Made by a program: the position numbers and the translations under genes. Under the pieces are notes generated by a model. That model saw nothing but the letters and a program-made list of their open reading frames with translations. It had not been told where the DNA came from and searched no databases. From the IMG/VR virus record IMGVR_UViG_3300045988_116708, positions 1 to 64,000 of that record: 64,000 bases of DNA. The stretch is one strand, 5' to 3'. Position 1 is the first letter of the stretch. Each line of letters begins with the position of its first letter. This document shows positions 16,791 to 26,673 of this stretch, piece by piece. The DNA is from a virus.

Positions 16791-17042
16791 ATGGAAGAGA
16801 TAGATTTGAATGATACTGTTACTGTGGAACTGACAGAATGGGGAGCAGTATATCTTAATGCGATAAATATGTTTAAGAGACTAACCACTCTAAAAAACTG
16901 TTCTTATAATCACCATTATAAAACGGACTATAAAGAAGGTGATATTTATAGAAACCAACTTTATCAGTTAATAGCAGAGTTTAAAGACGGGATTAGGTTT
17001 GATAAACCGAAACCTTTTAATAAGTTGAAGAAAGCATGTTAA
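16791..17042 (+). CDS. Hypothetical protein
   Basis: 83-aa ORF. Confidence 0.5.
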   Translation: MEEIDLNDTVTVELTEWGAVYLNAINMFKRLTTLKNCSYNHHYKTDYKEGDIYRNQLYQLIAEFKDGIRFDKPKPFNKLKKAC

Positions 17043-17060
17043 ACCAAATAATAAAAAGTT

Positions 17061-17519
17061 ATGGGATTTACAACGTCTTGTTTTATTAGAAAAAATACGG
17101 AGGAACTTCGTAAAAAATTGGAAGAGCTGGGATATAACCTACTTAATTCCGGTGATACGACTTTAGATGCACATAATTATGACGGTAAGGGAAGTCATAA
17201 AAATATCGAAGAAGGGAGAGCTATCATTACGTCTTATGGGAATCTCTATGGGGTGATATATAATGTAGATGCTGTCACCAAGAAAGGAAGGAGTGATTGC
17301 GGAACCAATGAGGAACTTTTCCTGGCTATAGCTGCATTAAGGGATGATAGTAACTACATGCAGTGGTTTATTTGTACTGAGGATTACATAGAATCCCCTG
17401 CTAAAGAATGGAAAGTCGGAGATTGGGATTTAAATACCTGTCCGGATGTTACGTATGAACAGCAATTACCACATTGGCGTAAGGCTACGGTAGAAGAACT
17501 TATTAATCATTTCAAATAA
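17061..17519 (+). CDS. Hypothetical protein
   Basis: 152-aa ORF. Confidence 0.55.
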   Translation: MGFTTSCFIRKNTEELRKKLEELGYNLLNSGDTTLDAHNYDGKGSHKNIEEGRAIITSYGNLYGVIYNVDAVTKKGRSDCGTNEELFLAIAALRDDSNYMQWFICTEDYIESPAKEWKVGDWDLNTCPDVTYEQQLPHWRKATVEELINHFK

Positions 17520-17534
17520 AAGCATAGTACTTGT

Positions 17535-17978
17535 ATGGAAATAAACTGTAAATACTGCCCTAAAAATGACGGTGCAGGGACGTGCAAAATAGATGACTGT
17601 CCTCTTCTTCCTATTATACAGGAAATAGAAAAAATGCAGTCATTCCTTGAAACAACCGCTAGTGATAACCCAAAAGAACTGATAGAACGTCTTACTGACA
17701 TAAATGTCTACTTGGCCCGTTCAGGGAAACTCTTAGCTGATGCAAAAGCATATCAGGATCAAGTGACTGCAAATATATATTCGCAGCACATGGAGTTTAT
17801 ATCGCGGGTTCCGGCTACTGTTGCAATAAAGTTTGTTGCAGCCCAAAGTGTGACTGCTAATCAGTTGGTTGTATGGCTAGATCGCATAAATCGAACACTT
17901 GTTCATGCTGGAGATAATATACGTACGCAGATATCCTTTGCAAAGCAGGACATGGCATTGCAAAGAAAGGGATATTGA
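17535..17978 (+). CDS. Hypothetical protein
   Basis: 147-aa ORF with an N-terminal CKYC...C..DDC cluster. Confidence 0.55.
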   Translation: MEINCKYCPKNDGAGTCKIDDCPLLPIIQEIEKMQSFLETTASDNPKELIERLTDINVYLARSGKLLADAKAYQDQVTANIYSQHMEFISRVPATVAIKFVAAQSVTANQLVVWLDRINRTLVHAGDNIRTQISFAKQDMALQRKGY

Positions 17979-18010
17979 AAAAACGTTAATCACGGAAAAA
18001 TAACTGATTT

Positions 18011-18047
18011 AAAGTGATTGTTTTTACGTCACTTTTGTTTAGCTTTA
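18011..18047 (+). promoter_or_regulatory. Promoter with AAGTG-N13-CACTT operator (site a)
   Basis: AAAGTGA-N11-TCACTTT at 18011-18035, followed by box TAGCTTTA at 18040-18047. Confidence 0.55.
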
Positions 18048-18238
18048 CACCGTGAAAATAATGAATCATCTTAGTGGTGTTTGATGACAAAAGGATATTA
18101 AATAGGCTTTCTTGGAGTATATACCCTAAACACCACATCAAGGGTATAGAAACTCGAAAGCCTTCGCTTTTTATAGATGAATACAATAGGCATACATGGC
18201 AAATCCATTGGTTAATTTCTAAAATACTAGATTTAATT

Positions 18239-19222
18239 ATGTCGAGACCTAATAAGACAGGTTTGAGTTATTTCCCAATGGATGTTGATTTATTCCAAGA
18301 CATACGAATAAGGAAACTAATCAAGTATCAGAGTGGCAAGGCTATAACAGTATATGCTCTCCTGCTATGTCTTATCTACCAGCGTGGGTACTACATGAGG
18401 TGGGATGAAGAGTTGCCCTTCATTATATCGGAACAAACCGGGTTTGAAGAGGCGTATATACTGGAGGTCATCAGAAGCTGCATGACACTAGGGTTATTCT
18501 CCAAGAAACTGTATGATGACGAACAAATCATTACGTCAAAAGGGATTCAAGAGCGATACCTGTATATATGTAAACTGCTCAAAAGAAGAGTGAGCATTAC
18601 TGAATATTTGCTTATTGATGAAGAAAAGGAGCTTGTTACTTCTCAAGAAACCGGGGTTATTTCCGGAAAAACCCCGGTTATTTCCGAAGAAACTGCTTTA
18701 AATTCGGTGAAAATGCAACAAAAGAAAAGAAAGGAAAAGGAAATAAAAGAAATCTCTCTATTGAGAGATAAAGAAAAGTTTCCCCCTCCCGAGGTTGTAG
18801 ACAAAACATTAAGCGAATGCTATGATGAACTATCATGTGACAGAAGTTGGATTGAAATCGTAACGATGAATACACGTAATTCCGGTCATAAGGATTTTAC
18901 GATAGACATGTTCGGAATGTATTTAAAACGTTTTTTCGAGAAGCTCCAAAACGAGGGAGAGGTAAGAAAGTCTCCCAAGGATGCAAAATCGCATTTCTCC
19001 CGTTGGTTGAATATTGAACTGAAAAAGAAAGGCAATTATGAACCAAAACCAATTACCAACAACATCTACGAGCAGAAGCGAATTGATTCTGAGCGGAGAA
19101 AATCTAAACTCATGGCTGAGTTCGCAGAAGCGGACGCAAAATTCCTTGCAGAACAAGAAGCTAAACGAAAAGCAGTTGGCTTTATTGGAGAAATATCCGA
19201 CACCTTCCCGGATGGCGGTTGA
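18239..19222 (+). CDS. Replisome organiser (DUF4373 / Lin1244-like, DnaD-related N-terminal domain)
   Basis: GLSYFPMDVDLFQDIRIRKLIKYQSGKAITVYALLLCLIYQRGYY matches the N-terminal DUF4373 pattern. ATG at 18239 of track ORF 18074..19222. Confidence 0.7.
   Translation: MSRPNKTGLSYFPMDVDLFQDIRIRKLIKYQSGKAITVYALLLCLIYQRGYYMRWDEELPFIISEQTGFEEAYILEVIRSCMTLGLFSKKLYDDEQIITSKGIQERYLYICKLLKRRVSITEYLLIDEEKELVTSQETGVISGKTPVISEETALNSVKMQQKKRKEKEIKEISLLRDKEKFPPPEVVDKTLSECYDELSCDRSWIEIVTMNTRNSGHKDFTIDMFGMYLKRFFEKLQNEGEVRKSPKDAKSHFSRWLNIELKKKGNYEPKPITNNIYEQKRIDSERRKSKLMAEFAEADAKFLAEQEAKRKAVGFIGEISDTFPDGG
18647..18695 (+). repeat. Intragenic direct/inverted repeats (GGTTATTTCCGrA x2)
   Basis: CCGGGGTTATTTCCGGA and CCCCGGTTATTTCCGAAGAAAC. 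The same core occurs inverted at 33555-33575 and 47321-47360. Confidence 0.6.
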
Positions 19223-19778
19223 TTACAATCCTGACCTGCAAGGGAAACTTGCGAAGTCGAATCTTACACTTGCGGATATTGCAATGAATGACAACATACC
19301 TTCGTTGTCCATCATCCGCTCCGTGTACGGTGAAGACAATGCACTCAGGTGGCTGAAAGTACAGTTTGACAGCCTAAACGATTATGCGGAGCAAGGGAAG
19401 GGTATAGCAGACTCACAACTGGATGAACTTTGTATTCTTGTCCTGGGTGAGTATTATTGGATGAATTTAGCTGAAATATGCAACTTCATATCCAGGCTCA
19501 AGTTGGGAAAATATGGGCAGTTTTATGGAGCCATTGGTCCGATGAAGATTACTTGTTCGCTCCTGGAGTATATTAAAGAGCGACGTATTGACATCGAACG
19601 TTATGAACGAGAGCAATACCGCATTCAACGCCAGAAGGAGATAGAAGAACGTGGGAACAACATGATTCCTTATGCTGAATATCTTGATCGAGAACGGAAA
19701 CTTGTAGAAAGTGGGGATAAGGATGCTATTGAAAGAGCTTCGAAGCGTATTGGAAGCACTTGTTTGTCAACAGGTTAA
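19212..19778 (+). CDS. Hypothetical replication-module protein
   Basis: ATG at 19212 of track ORF 19038..19778; overlaps the organiser stop. Confidence 0.55.
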   Translation: MAVDYNPDLQGKLAKSNLTLADIAMNDNIPSLSIIRSVYGEDNALRWLKVQFDSLNDYAEQGKGIADSQLDELCILVLGEYYWMNLAEICNFISRLKLGKYGQFYGAIGPMKITCSLLEYIKERRIDIERYEREQYRIQRQKEIEERGNNMIPYAEYLDRERKLVESGDKDAIERASKRIGSTCLSTG

Positions 19779-19881
19779 TTAAAGATAAAGCCTTGTGAAT
19801 AAAACAGGTAACGTTTGTTTACAAGTGGAAAAATAAGTAACTTTATACCTGTAAATCAGAAATATATAAAATATAAGAGCA

Positions 19882-20028
19882 ATGAAAACAATTAGAAAAT
19901 TAACTGAAAGGGAAGTGGTACTCAACAGGCTCATACAACCTATTCTTATGCCTGTTATTTACTCACTAAATTACAAAGTTAGTAACCAAACAGATGATAA
20001 TTCAAGGTTATCCAGTAATTTGTAACGG
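19882..20028 (+). CDS. Hypothetical 48-aa protein
   Basis: Hand-translated ORF that begins in the AAGAGCAATGAAAA junction motif. Confidence 0.35.
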
Positions 20029-20189
20029 CATTCATAATGTCGGAAGGCATCTTAAGCCTATGTGCAAACAATGCCCGTTGTATACCAAAGGAAAGCAGCC
20101 ATTTAGAAGTTCATGGCGTATAAGTGGAATTGAAAAATGTATTATAAATCATGTTAGTAGGAACAACAAATCTTAATACGACGCTCAAT

Positions 20190-20543
20190 ATGGCATACGT
20201 CCTGACCGACGTCGTGGAAACGCTTCTCTACGATTTGAGAAGTGAAATGGGAAAACAAGGTTATGAATTGCGTCATGATGCAAAACGCAACTTCAACACT
20301 GCGATTTCCTCCATCCGTAAATTGAAGCTTGACGTTGACAAAACGCAGCTCTCTACACAGGAAAACTTCGGGAATGACTCCGATTGTCTTCTTGCCTTCA
20401 TCCGGCTATTGGTAGATCGCTGCGGTGATGATGACAAGAAGATGTTTGAGTTCTATAATTATATCAAGCGGTATCCGTCTCAACTCGGCTTGAAACTGTC
20501 TGATGAAAAGTGTGTGTTTGCGCATGTTTTTGAGAATAAATAA
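20190..20543 (+). CDS. Hypothetical protein
   Basis: ATG at 20190 of track ORF 20151..20543. Confidence 0.55.
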   Translation: MAYVLTDVVETLLYDLRSEMGKQGYELRHDAKRNFNTAISSIRKLKLDVDKTQLSTQENFGNDSDCLLAFIRLLVDRCGDDDKKMFEFYNYIKRYPSQLGLKLSDEKCVFAHVFENK

Positions 20544-20572
20544 CTATCAAGACAAATAAGAAAGGAACTAAT

Positions 20573-20941
20573 ATGAAATTAACAAAAGAAGAAGATAAAG
20601 TAATCTGCAAGTTTTTAAAAAATGTATCGGACGAAGGAGGTAAAAGCCTGGTTAGATTAATGCAGTTTGTTCTTATAAAACTATCAGAAGATGCTATTCT
20701 GATGAACGCTGCCGAAGTAGTTTTAAGTCAAATTATGGCTTTCGAAGGCGAGAAATACAATACACGCATGGCCATCCAATACTCTAAAGTCGGTGAAAAA
20801 ACTTTGGAAGAACGTGCATACGAAATAGCTGACTGGATGCTTTCGTTAGGATCTGAAAACTGCGATCTTCGGGAAGAGTTGAAAAAGGCTATTTTAGCCG
20901 GATATAATTTGCATCATGAAGATTTCGATGACGAAGAATAA
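20573..20941 (+). CDS. Hypothetical protein
   Basis: 122-aa ORF. Confidence 0.55.
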   Translation: MKLTKEEDKVICKFLKNVSDEGGKSLVRLMQFVLIKLSEDAILMNAAEVVLSQIMAFEGEKYNTRMAIQYSKVGEKTLEERAYEIADWMLSLGSENCDLREELKKAILAGYNLHHEDFDDEE

Positions 20942-20958
20942 TTCAAATTAAGATAAAA

Positions 20959-21180
20959 ATGAAAGCAGAATTATATAAAGAACTACGCCAGTCTGAGCAA
21001 TACATGGAAATGCTGGAAGCTGGTATAAAAGCTCTTTCTGAGCTTTTGGAAACATTTGATATAGTGAATAAAATAAGAGAAAATACTATAGTAGAAGCTC
21101 ACGGACACTTAACCATTGAGCTGAATGATGAAAAAGAATATTATAAACGATTGATTAAACAATTAGATAATAAAAATTAG
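20959..21180 (+). CDS. Hypothetical coiled-coil protein
   Basis: 73-aa ORF. Confidence 0.5.
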   Translation: MKAELYKELRQSEQYMEMLEAGIKALSELLETFDIVNKIRENTIVEAHGHLTIELNDEKEYYKRLIKQLDNKN

Positions 21181-21193
21181 AAAGGAATAAATT

Positions 21194-21511
21194 ATGAAAA
21201 GTGGAATCGAAATTATAGCAGAAGAACGCAAGAGACAAATTGAAGTTGAAGGATGGACACCGGAACATGATGATGAACATCGTTGTGGGGAATTGTCCGA
21301 TGCAGCAGCTTGTTATGCCACCAGAGGTTACTGGCGTAATTATCAACGTAATCCAGCTTATTCCATGATATGGCCTTTTAGCGTAGATTGGTGGAAACCA
21401 ATGGCAGATGATTTATTAGGGGAGGAATACATTGATGGTCGTATAAAAGAGCTTGCAAAAGCTGGTGCACTCATTGCTGCCGAAATTGATAGATTGCAAA
21501 GATTGAAATAG
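21194..21511 (+). CDS. Hypothetical protein
   Basis: 105-aa ORF (EERKRQIEVEGWTPEHDDEH...). Confidence 0.55.
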   Translation: MKSGIEIIAEERKRQIEVEGWTPEHDDEHRCGELSDAAACYATRGYWRNYQRNPAYSMIWPFSVDWWKPMADDLLGEEYIDGRIKELAKAGALIAAEIDRLQRLK

Positions 21512-21687
21512 TCCTCAAAATAAAGATAGAAAGGAATATTTATGAAGAGTAAAAAAATAACCGTAATCATGCTCGCTTATCTGCCAAATAGAGTTTCAAG
21601 AGATATTAGACCGACAGGTAGAACGAGTTTTGAAAGGAGAAATTAGTATTAACGATGTAGCCTGAAAAGGCTCAAAACAATTTAGAA

Positions 21688-21930
21688 ATGAATAGTGATG
21701 GTAATAAAATTCTGGATGCTATTAAGAGAATGGCAGCAGATGACAATAAAGGTTTGATAATGACCACTACGATAGTCGATGTTAAAGATGATCCGCGCGG
21801 CTCAATCGTTGGCTTTGGGACTGAAAAAGTTTGCGGAGATGATGCATTCGCCCAGACAATGGGTTTACCAGGCAAGTATATGGCATGTGCCTTTTTTATA
21901 GATCGAGAAGAACTAAAGAAATACCTCTAA
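21688..21930 (+). CDS. Hypothetical protein
   Basis: 80-aa ORF. Confidence 0.5.
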   Translation: MNSDGNKILDAIKRMAADDNKGLIMTTTIVDVKDDPRGSIVGFGTEKVCGDDAFAQTMGLPGKYMACAFFIDREELKKYL

Positions 21931-21941
21931 ACGATACAGTA

Positions 21942-22103
21942 ATGAAGAAAATACTAATAATTCTCGCAGTCACCTCGCTGATAGGCTGCACTACCCCCAA
22001 AGCCTCACATACGACATTTAAGAGAGAATATAAAGAGAACCGCTTTACAAAACAGTTTCAAGAAGCGGATTCAATGTTTAATCAAAAATATTTATTAAAA
22101 TGA
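21942..22103 (+). CDS. Small lipoprotein
   Basis: MKKILIILAVTSLIGC is a signal peptide with a lipobox Cys. Internal ATG of track ORF 21885..22103. Confidence 0.6.
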   Translation: MKKILIILAVTSLIGCTTPKASHTTFKREYKENRFTKQFQEADSMFNQKYLLK

Positions 22104-22582
22104 AAACATTAGATGAAAAGGCTGCTGAATATGCAGCGAGTGTAGTATCGTGTAATAAAGAAGCAAAAGAGTGTGAGGGACTTATTCAAACAGCTTACAT
22201 TCTTGGAGCAACAACGGAAGGAGAATTGTTGAGAGAAGAAACAGGAACCTTCGGGCAAGCACTTGAATCCCTCAAACGGGGGCATCTTGTTACTCGTAAA
22301 GGATGGAATGGCAAAGGTATGTTTATATTCATGCGTCCTGCTGATGAACTTCATATTGGCTTTGTAGCCAAAGATATTAAGTCTTTACCTCAAAAAGTGA
22401 AAGATTACTATTATCAGGATTGTGTTGACGAAAACGGTAATCCTATCGAACTGGAAAAGGATGACACAGTAAAATTCACAGCATACATTTGCATGAAAGC
22501 CGCTGATGGCTCTATCGTAAACGGTTGGCTTGCTTCCCAAACGGATATGCTTGCTAACGACTGGATGATATTTGAGTTTTAA
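22100..22582 (+). CDS. DUF2829 (Tad2-like) domain protein
   Basis: TFGQALESLKRGHLVTRKGWNGKGMFIF...ASQTDMLANDWMIFE matches the DUF2829 pattern. Confidence 0.7.
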   Translation: MKTLDEKAAEYAASVVSCNKEAKECEGLIQTAYILGATTEGELLREETGTFGQALESLKRGHLVTRKGWNGKGMFIFMRPADELHIGFVAKDIKSLPQKVKDYYYQDCVDENGNPIELEKDDTVKFTAYICMKAADGSIVNGWLASQTDMLANDWMIFEF

Positions 22583-22615
22583 CATACTGCCATACGGTGG
22601 CTGAACGTCCGCCGT

Positions 22616-22945
22616 ATGGCTCAAAACAGAATAGTAATGAACAAAAATATAATCATAAAGAAAGAGAAGCCTATCTGTCAGTTAGATGGGCTTCCGGGAG
22701 TAAAAAGACGTAAGGTTGATGCGTATAGTATCAATAATACAAGTGACATTGAATCAACCATCGAACTGGGATATGCGTGTACTTCTGCCGGAGATAATGG
22801 AGCTATAAATGTTTGGAAGGATGATGCAGGAATTATTCGCGGTGAATTAATGCGGTACTGTGTAACTGTTGAAAAAAGAACGTTTACCAGCTATGCAGAA
22901 GTGGAAAAATGCGTTAGTGATTGGCTTGAAAGGATTAACCCATAA
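22616..22945 (+). CDS. Hypothetical protein
   Basis: 109-aa ORF. Confidence 0.5.
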   Translation: MAQNRIVMNKNIIIKKEKPICQLDGLPGVKRRKVDAYSINNTSDIESTIELGYACTSAGDNGAINVWKDDAGIIRGELMRYCVTVEKRTFTSYAEVEKCVSDWLERINP

Positions 22946-22955
22946 CAGTACAGAA

Positions 22956-23189
22956 ATGAAAGATTCAGAAAAATATATTGCAAGTATAATAGATAAATTC
23001 CCCATCAATAGTTTGCCAAAGTTTACGATACATGAGTTATCTCACATTATCAATTTGGTTCGCAATGAAGAACGTCAGAAAGCGACTGAAGCATTTCGTA
23101 TTATGGGAGAAGAAACACGCTTTGATATTCCTATAGACGTTTTAGGGAAAGCGAGAGAAATTTTTGAACGAGAGTTAAATTCAGATTAG
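22956..23189 (+). CDS. Hypothetical protein
   Basis: ATG at 22956 of track ORF 22869..23189. Confidence 0.5.
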   Translation: MKDSEKYIASIIDKFPINSLPKFTIHELSHIINLVRNEERQKATEAFRIMGEETRFDIPIDVLGKAREIFERELNSD

Positions 23190-23196
23190 TTTAGAA

Positions 23197-23679
23197 ATGA
23201 ACACAAGTTTTGAAAGAACGGCTGCTGCTACCGATGAATGGTACACACCGAAAGAAATAATAGACAGTTTAGGCAGATTTGACCTCGACCCGTGCGCTCC
23301 CATAAATCCACTTTGGCAGACAGCTAAGATAATGTACAATAAGAGCGATGACGGGTTATCTAAGAAGTGGAGGGGTCGTGTTTGGCTTAATCCTCCTTAT
23401 TCCCGTCCTCTTATCGAGCAATTTGTTCGCAAGTTAGCGGAGCATGGTAACGGTATAGCATTGCTTTTTAATCGTTGTGATAGTAAGATGTTTCAAGATA
23501 TCATCTTTGAGAAAGCTACGGCTATGAAGTTCCTCCGAAATCGTATTAGGTTCTATCTCCCAGACGGTACTCGTGGAGATTCGCCCGGTTGTGGTAGCAT
23601 TTTAATCGCTTTCGGCGAAGAGAATGCAGAAGTATTAAGGACATGCGACATCGCAGGTAAATATGTACGAATCAATTAG
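23197..23679 (+). CDS. Phage-type DNA N6-adenine methyltransferase (Dam, PF05869-like)
   Basis: DEWYTPKEIIDSLGRFDLDPCA and WLNPPYS motifs. Confidence 0.8.
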   Translation: MNTSFERTAAATDEWYTPKEIIDSLGRFDLDPCAPINPLWQTAKIMYNKSDDGLSKKWRGRVWLNPPYSRPLIEQFVRKLAEHGNGIALLFNRCDSKMFQDIIFEKATAMKFLRNRIRFYLPDGTRGDSPGCGSILIAFGEENAEVLRTCDIAGKYVRIN

Positions 23680-23696
23680 AGTAAAACAAAGAAGAT

Positions 23697-23897
23697 ATGA
23701 AAGAATCACATACAGGCATTGGGATATGCCATTGTTACCAATGTCGAATGGATAAAAAACATTGCAGTTCTAAAAAAAGAAAGTTTGAGAAACGGGCTAT
23801 AAATAAGTTCCGTCGGAAACAATTGAAATTAGATGAAATAATAAAATGCAATCGTTTTGGAAATATTGGGCTTGATCCCAATATTTTCCGATTTTAA
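23697..23897 (+). CDS. Small basic Cys-rich protein
   Basis: 66-aa ORF with CHCYQCRMDKKHC. Confidence 0.45.
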   Translation: MKESHTGIGICHCYQCRMDKKHCSSKKRKFEKRAINKFRRKQLKLDEIIKCNRFGNIGLDPNIFRF

Positions 23898-23915
23898 AAA
23901 AGAAAGGATCTAATT

Positions 23916-24293
23916 ATGAAACAGACAGTAGAAAAAGCAGCAATATCATTTGCAAATAAATGCCGTGTTGCAAATATTAAAGGAGGTCTTGACTATCCTT
24001 ATGATGAACTTGATATGAGAAATGCTTTTGAGGAAGGAGTAAATTGGCAGTCAAAGCAATCTCCTTGGATAAGCGTGGAGGAACGGTTGCCTGAATATCC
24101 GTGTTGGGTGCTTGTGACAGGTAAGGAGTATAAATATCGAATTTTGTTTTACTGTGGAGGTAAGTTTTATACAGATAAAAGTTTAACATCATATGATGGG
24201 AGCATTCTTTTCTGGATGCCCATTCCCACCTTCGATGAAATCCTTGAAGCGAACAAAGATGTGTTGAAACGAATTAAAGAGAAAGGAGATTAA
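23916..24293 (+). CDS. DUF551-like protein
   Basis: WISVEERLPEYPCWVLV...FWMPIP. Confidence 0.5.
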   Translation: MKQTVEKAAISFANKCRVANIKGGLDYPYDELDMRNAFEEGVNWQSKQSPWISVEERLPEYPCWVLVTGKEYKYRILFYCGGKFYTDKSLTSYDGSILFWMPIPTFDEILEANKDVLKRIKEKGD

Positions 24294-24295
24294 AT

Positions 24296-24616
24296 ATGAA
24301 AGCAAGAGTAAAATCAACCGGAGTTCTGATAGATGTAATTCCGAAAATAAACACCAGTGCGCAACATAGCATAGATAATCTGTATGTATGCGATAATATG
24401 GTTTTCAGAGAGTGTGAACTTGACTTTTTAAATCTTGGAAATTCAGCTATTGATTGGGAACAGAGGCGTTATGAAATAGCGAAAGCCGCTATGCAAGGGA
24501 TTTTATGCGCTCCTATTGTTGAGGGAGTAGATCCTAATCCAACACCTTGGGAACTGGCAAGGATGGCAGTAAGAAACGCTGATGCTCTTATTAAAGAACT
24601 AAAGAAAGGGGAATAA
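24296..24616 (+). CDS. Hypothetical protein
   Basis: 106-aa ORF. Confidence 0.55.
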   Translation: MKARVKSTGVLIDVIPKINTSAQHSIDNLYVCDNMVFRECELDFLNLGNSAIDWEQRRYEIAKAAMQGILCAPIVEGVDPNPTPWELARMAVRNADALIKELKKGE

Positions 24617-24618
24617 CC

Positions 24619-25002
24619 ATGACCGAAGAGCTTGTAACGTTTGAAACAGCAAAGTTTTTAAAAGAAAAAGGTTTTGACATAGCTTGTGAAAATGTTGTTA
24701 GAGAAGATAAAACGCGCATGAATACTTTATTTAGAATAAATAAGAATCTACCTAAAACATGTTATTCTCTACCTACCCAAGCTATTGCGGCTAAATGGTT
24801 AAGAGAAAGACACGAAATAAATGTGTCTGTACTTAGAATGACAGAAAGATATGGTGGTGCGGTTGCTGAACATAATCTGCTGAAATACTTTTATCATATT
24901 CAAATCCCTAACAGACAATCTATAGTTGATGTAGGTATATATTATTTCACCTACGAAGAAGCACTTGAAGCAGGAATACAGGAAGCATTAAAACTTATGT
25001 GA
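24619..25002 (+). CDS. Hypothetical protein
   Basis: 127-aa ORF. Confidence 0.55.
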   Translation: MTEELVTFETAKFLKEKGFDIACENVVREDKTRMNTLFRINKNLPKTCYSLPTQAIAAKWLRERHEINVSVLRMTERYGGAVAEHNLLKYFYHIQIPNRQSIVDVGIYYFTYEEALEAGIQEALKLM

Positions 25003-25574
25003 TTATGGACAATATTAATTTGAATAAATGGCGCGACCGTGCTTATAAGACCGCTTGTGAGCACGGTTTCCATGATAAGGAGCTGAGTAAAGAACACTGC
25101 CTTTGCCTTGTCATTTCTGAGCTTATGGAAGCTGTGGAAGCGGACCGAAAAGGTAGATTAGGAAAAAATTGTAAACGTCGTTTTGAAATGGAATACAATC
25201 GTTACCCTGCATTGGTGAAAGAAGAGATGCGATTCAAATGCACGTTTGAAAAGCATATAAAAGATTCACTTTTTGATGAACTGAGCGATGCAGTTATACG
25301 CTTGCTTGACTTGTGCGGAATGTGTAAGATAGATTTAGAAAATGACTGCTTAGACAATGAAGTGCTTGAAGAATATTCGCGTATATTCATTGGCAAAACA
25401 TTCACAGAGTCTATTTTCAATATTACTAAAAATCTTATTGATGGAGATATATCCTACTCTCTAATTAAGATTTTCGGGCTTGCTAAGCATCTTGATATTG
25501 ATTTGCTCTGGCATATTGAACAGAAACAAAGATATAATGAATTAAGACCTATGTTGAACGGGAAAAGATATTAA
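24999..25574 (+). CDS. MazG-like nucleotide pyrophosphohydrolase
   Basis: LVISELMEAVEADRKGR and DELSDAVIRLLDLCG match the EexxE/ELADV-type all-alpha NTP-PPase pattern. Confidence 0.55.
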   Translation: MIMDNINLNKWRDRAYKTACEHGFHDKELSKEHCLCLVISELMEAVEADRKGRLGKNCKRRFEMEYNRYPALVKEEMRFKCTFEKHIKDSLFDELSDAVIRLLDLCGMCKIDLENDCLDNEVLEEYSRIFIGKTFTESIFNITKNLIDGDISYSLIKIFGLAKHLDIDLLWHIEQKQRYNELRPMLNGKRY

Positions 25575-25576
25575 TC

Positions 25577-26020
25577 ATGAATCATACAATAAAATTCAGA
25601 GGGAAAACGGTTAATGGCAATAAATGGGTATATGGAGATTTGCTTCATATTGCTGGAGGATATATTATATATCATGGCTCTCAAAAAGATTGTGAGATTA
25701 CTACCGGCAAGCATGTTGCCGTTGAGTTGCTTCATGATGAAATCTCTGTTGTTGTTCCAGAGACCGTCGGGCAATTTACTGGTTTATTCGACAAAAACGG
25801 AAAAGAAATATATGGAGGTGACATTGTACAACTTGACTATATTACAACGATTGGAAAACATCGCATAGGACTTTCATTTGAAGTTAAATGGTGTACCCAA
25901 GAAGGATGTTGGGTTGGATGGGATGGCTTTGTAGAAAATGCTCTTCAACAAACATGCAAAATGTTTGTAGTTAAAGGAAACATTTATGATAATCCGGAGT
26001 TGATGAAGGAGGAATTATGA
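25577..26020 (+). CDS. YopX-family protein
   Basis: KFRGKTVNGNKWVYGDL, VGQFTGLFDKNGKEIYGGDIV and GNIYDNPEL. Confidence 0.8.
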   Translation: MNHTIKFRGKTVNGNKWVYGDLLHIAGGYIIYHGSQKDCEITTGKHVAVELLHDEISVVVPETVGQFTGLFDKNGKEIYGGDIVQLDYITTIGKHRIGLSFEVKWCTQEGCWVGWDGFVENALQQTCKMFVVKGNIYDNPELMKEEL

Positions 26021-26631
26021 AAAAGATACTTTTTAATGATAAATATGAACTTGCACAGGCTGTTCTTGACGGTCGGAAGACGATGACGAGAAGGGCAATA
26101 ACTTGTCCGAGAACCTTTAGAGGTGAATGGGTTGCAGGATTCAATGTGCATATCCAGCAATCTGACAGGAAAATAGTTGATTATCCTTGTATGTACGATG
26201 CAGACGAAAGGGAATTTGATGGGGGCCAAATACTTCCAAAATACAAAGTAGGCGAAGTGGTTGCTATTGCGCAATGCTATAGGGATATTGACCAGCTTCA
26301 CCGAAATGGTAAAAATGCAGCTTATTTAGAACTGTTACCTGGACTGAAATTATATCCAGGATGGGGTAACAAAATGTTTGTTAGATCTGATCTAATGCTA
26401 CATCATATCCGTATTACTGATATCAAAGTCGAGCGCCTAAAGGGTATATCTGATACAGATTGCTTACGTGAGGGAATAGTGAAGGGGCAATGCGGCTCAA
26501 AAGAAACACATTTATCAAGTGTTGATACAAACATTTGTACTTGGGAAACAGAATATTCTGTTGACTATCTAAAAAACGGTAAGACATGGACGATGATTGG
26601 GGTTCCTGCAAGAGCGATAGATTTAGCATAA
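26017..26631 (+). CDS. ASCH-domain-like protein
   Basis: The N-terminal ILFNDKYELAQAVLDGRKTMTRR is an ASCH-type pattern. Confidence 0.5.
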   Translation: MKKILFNDKYELAQAVLDGRKTMTRRAITCPRTFRGEWVAGFNVHIQQSDRKIVDYPCMYDADEREFDGGQILPKYKVGEVVAIAQCYRDIDQLHRNGKNAAYLELLPGLKLYPGWGNKMFVRSDLMLHHIRITDIKVERLKGISDTDCLREGIVKGQCGSKETHLSSVDTNICTWETEYSVDYLKNGKTWTMIGVPARAIDLA

Positions 26632-26673
26632 GTTTAACCGCAGGGCGAAAGCCCTATATAACACATAAGAGCA

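Noticed and set aside
19994-20176. 60-aa Cys-containing ORF between 19882..20028 and 20190..20543
   Set aside because: It overlaps both neighbours in other frames and lacks an A-rich start context. The evidence is insufficient either way.
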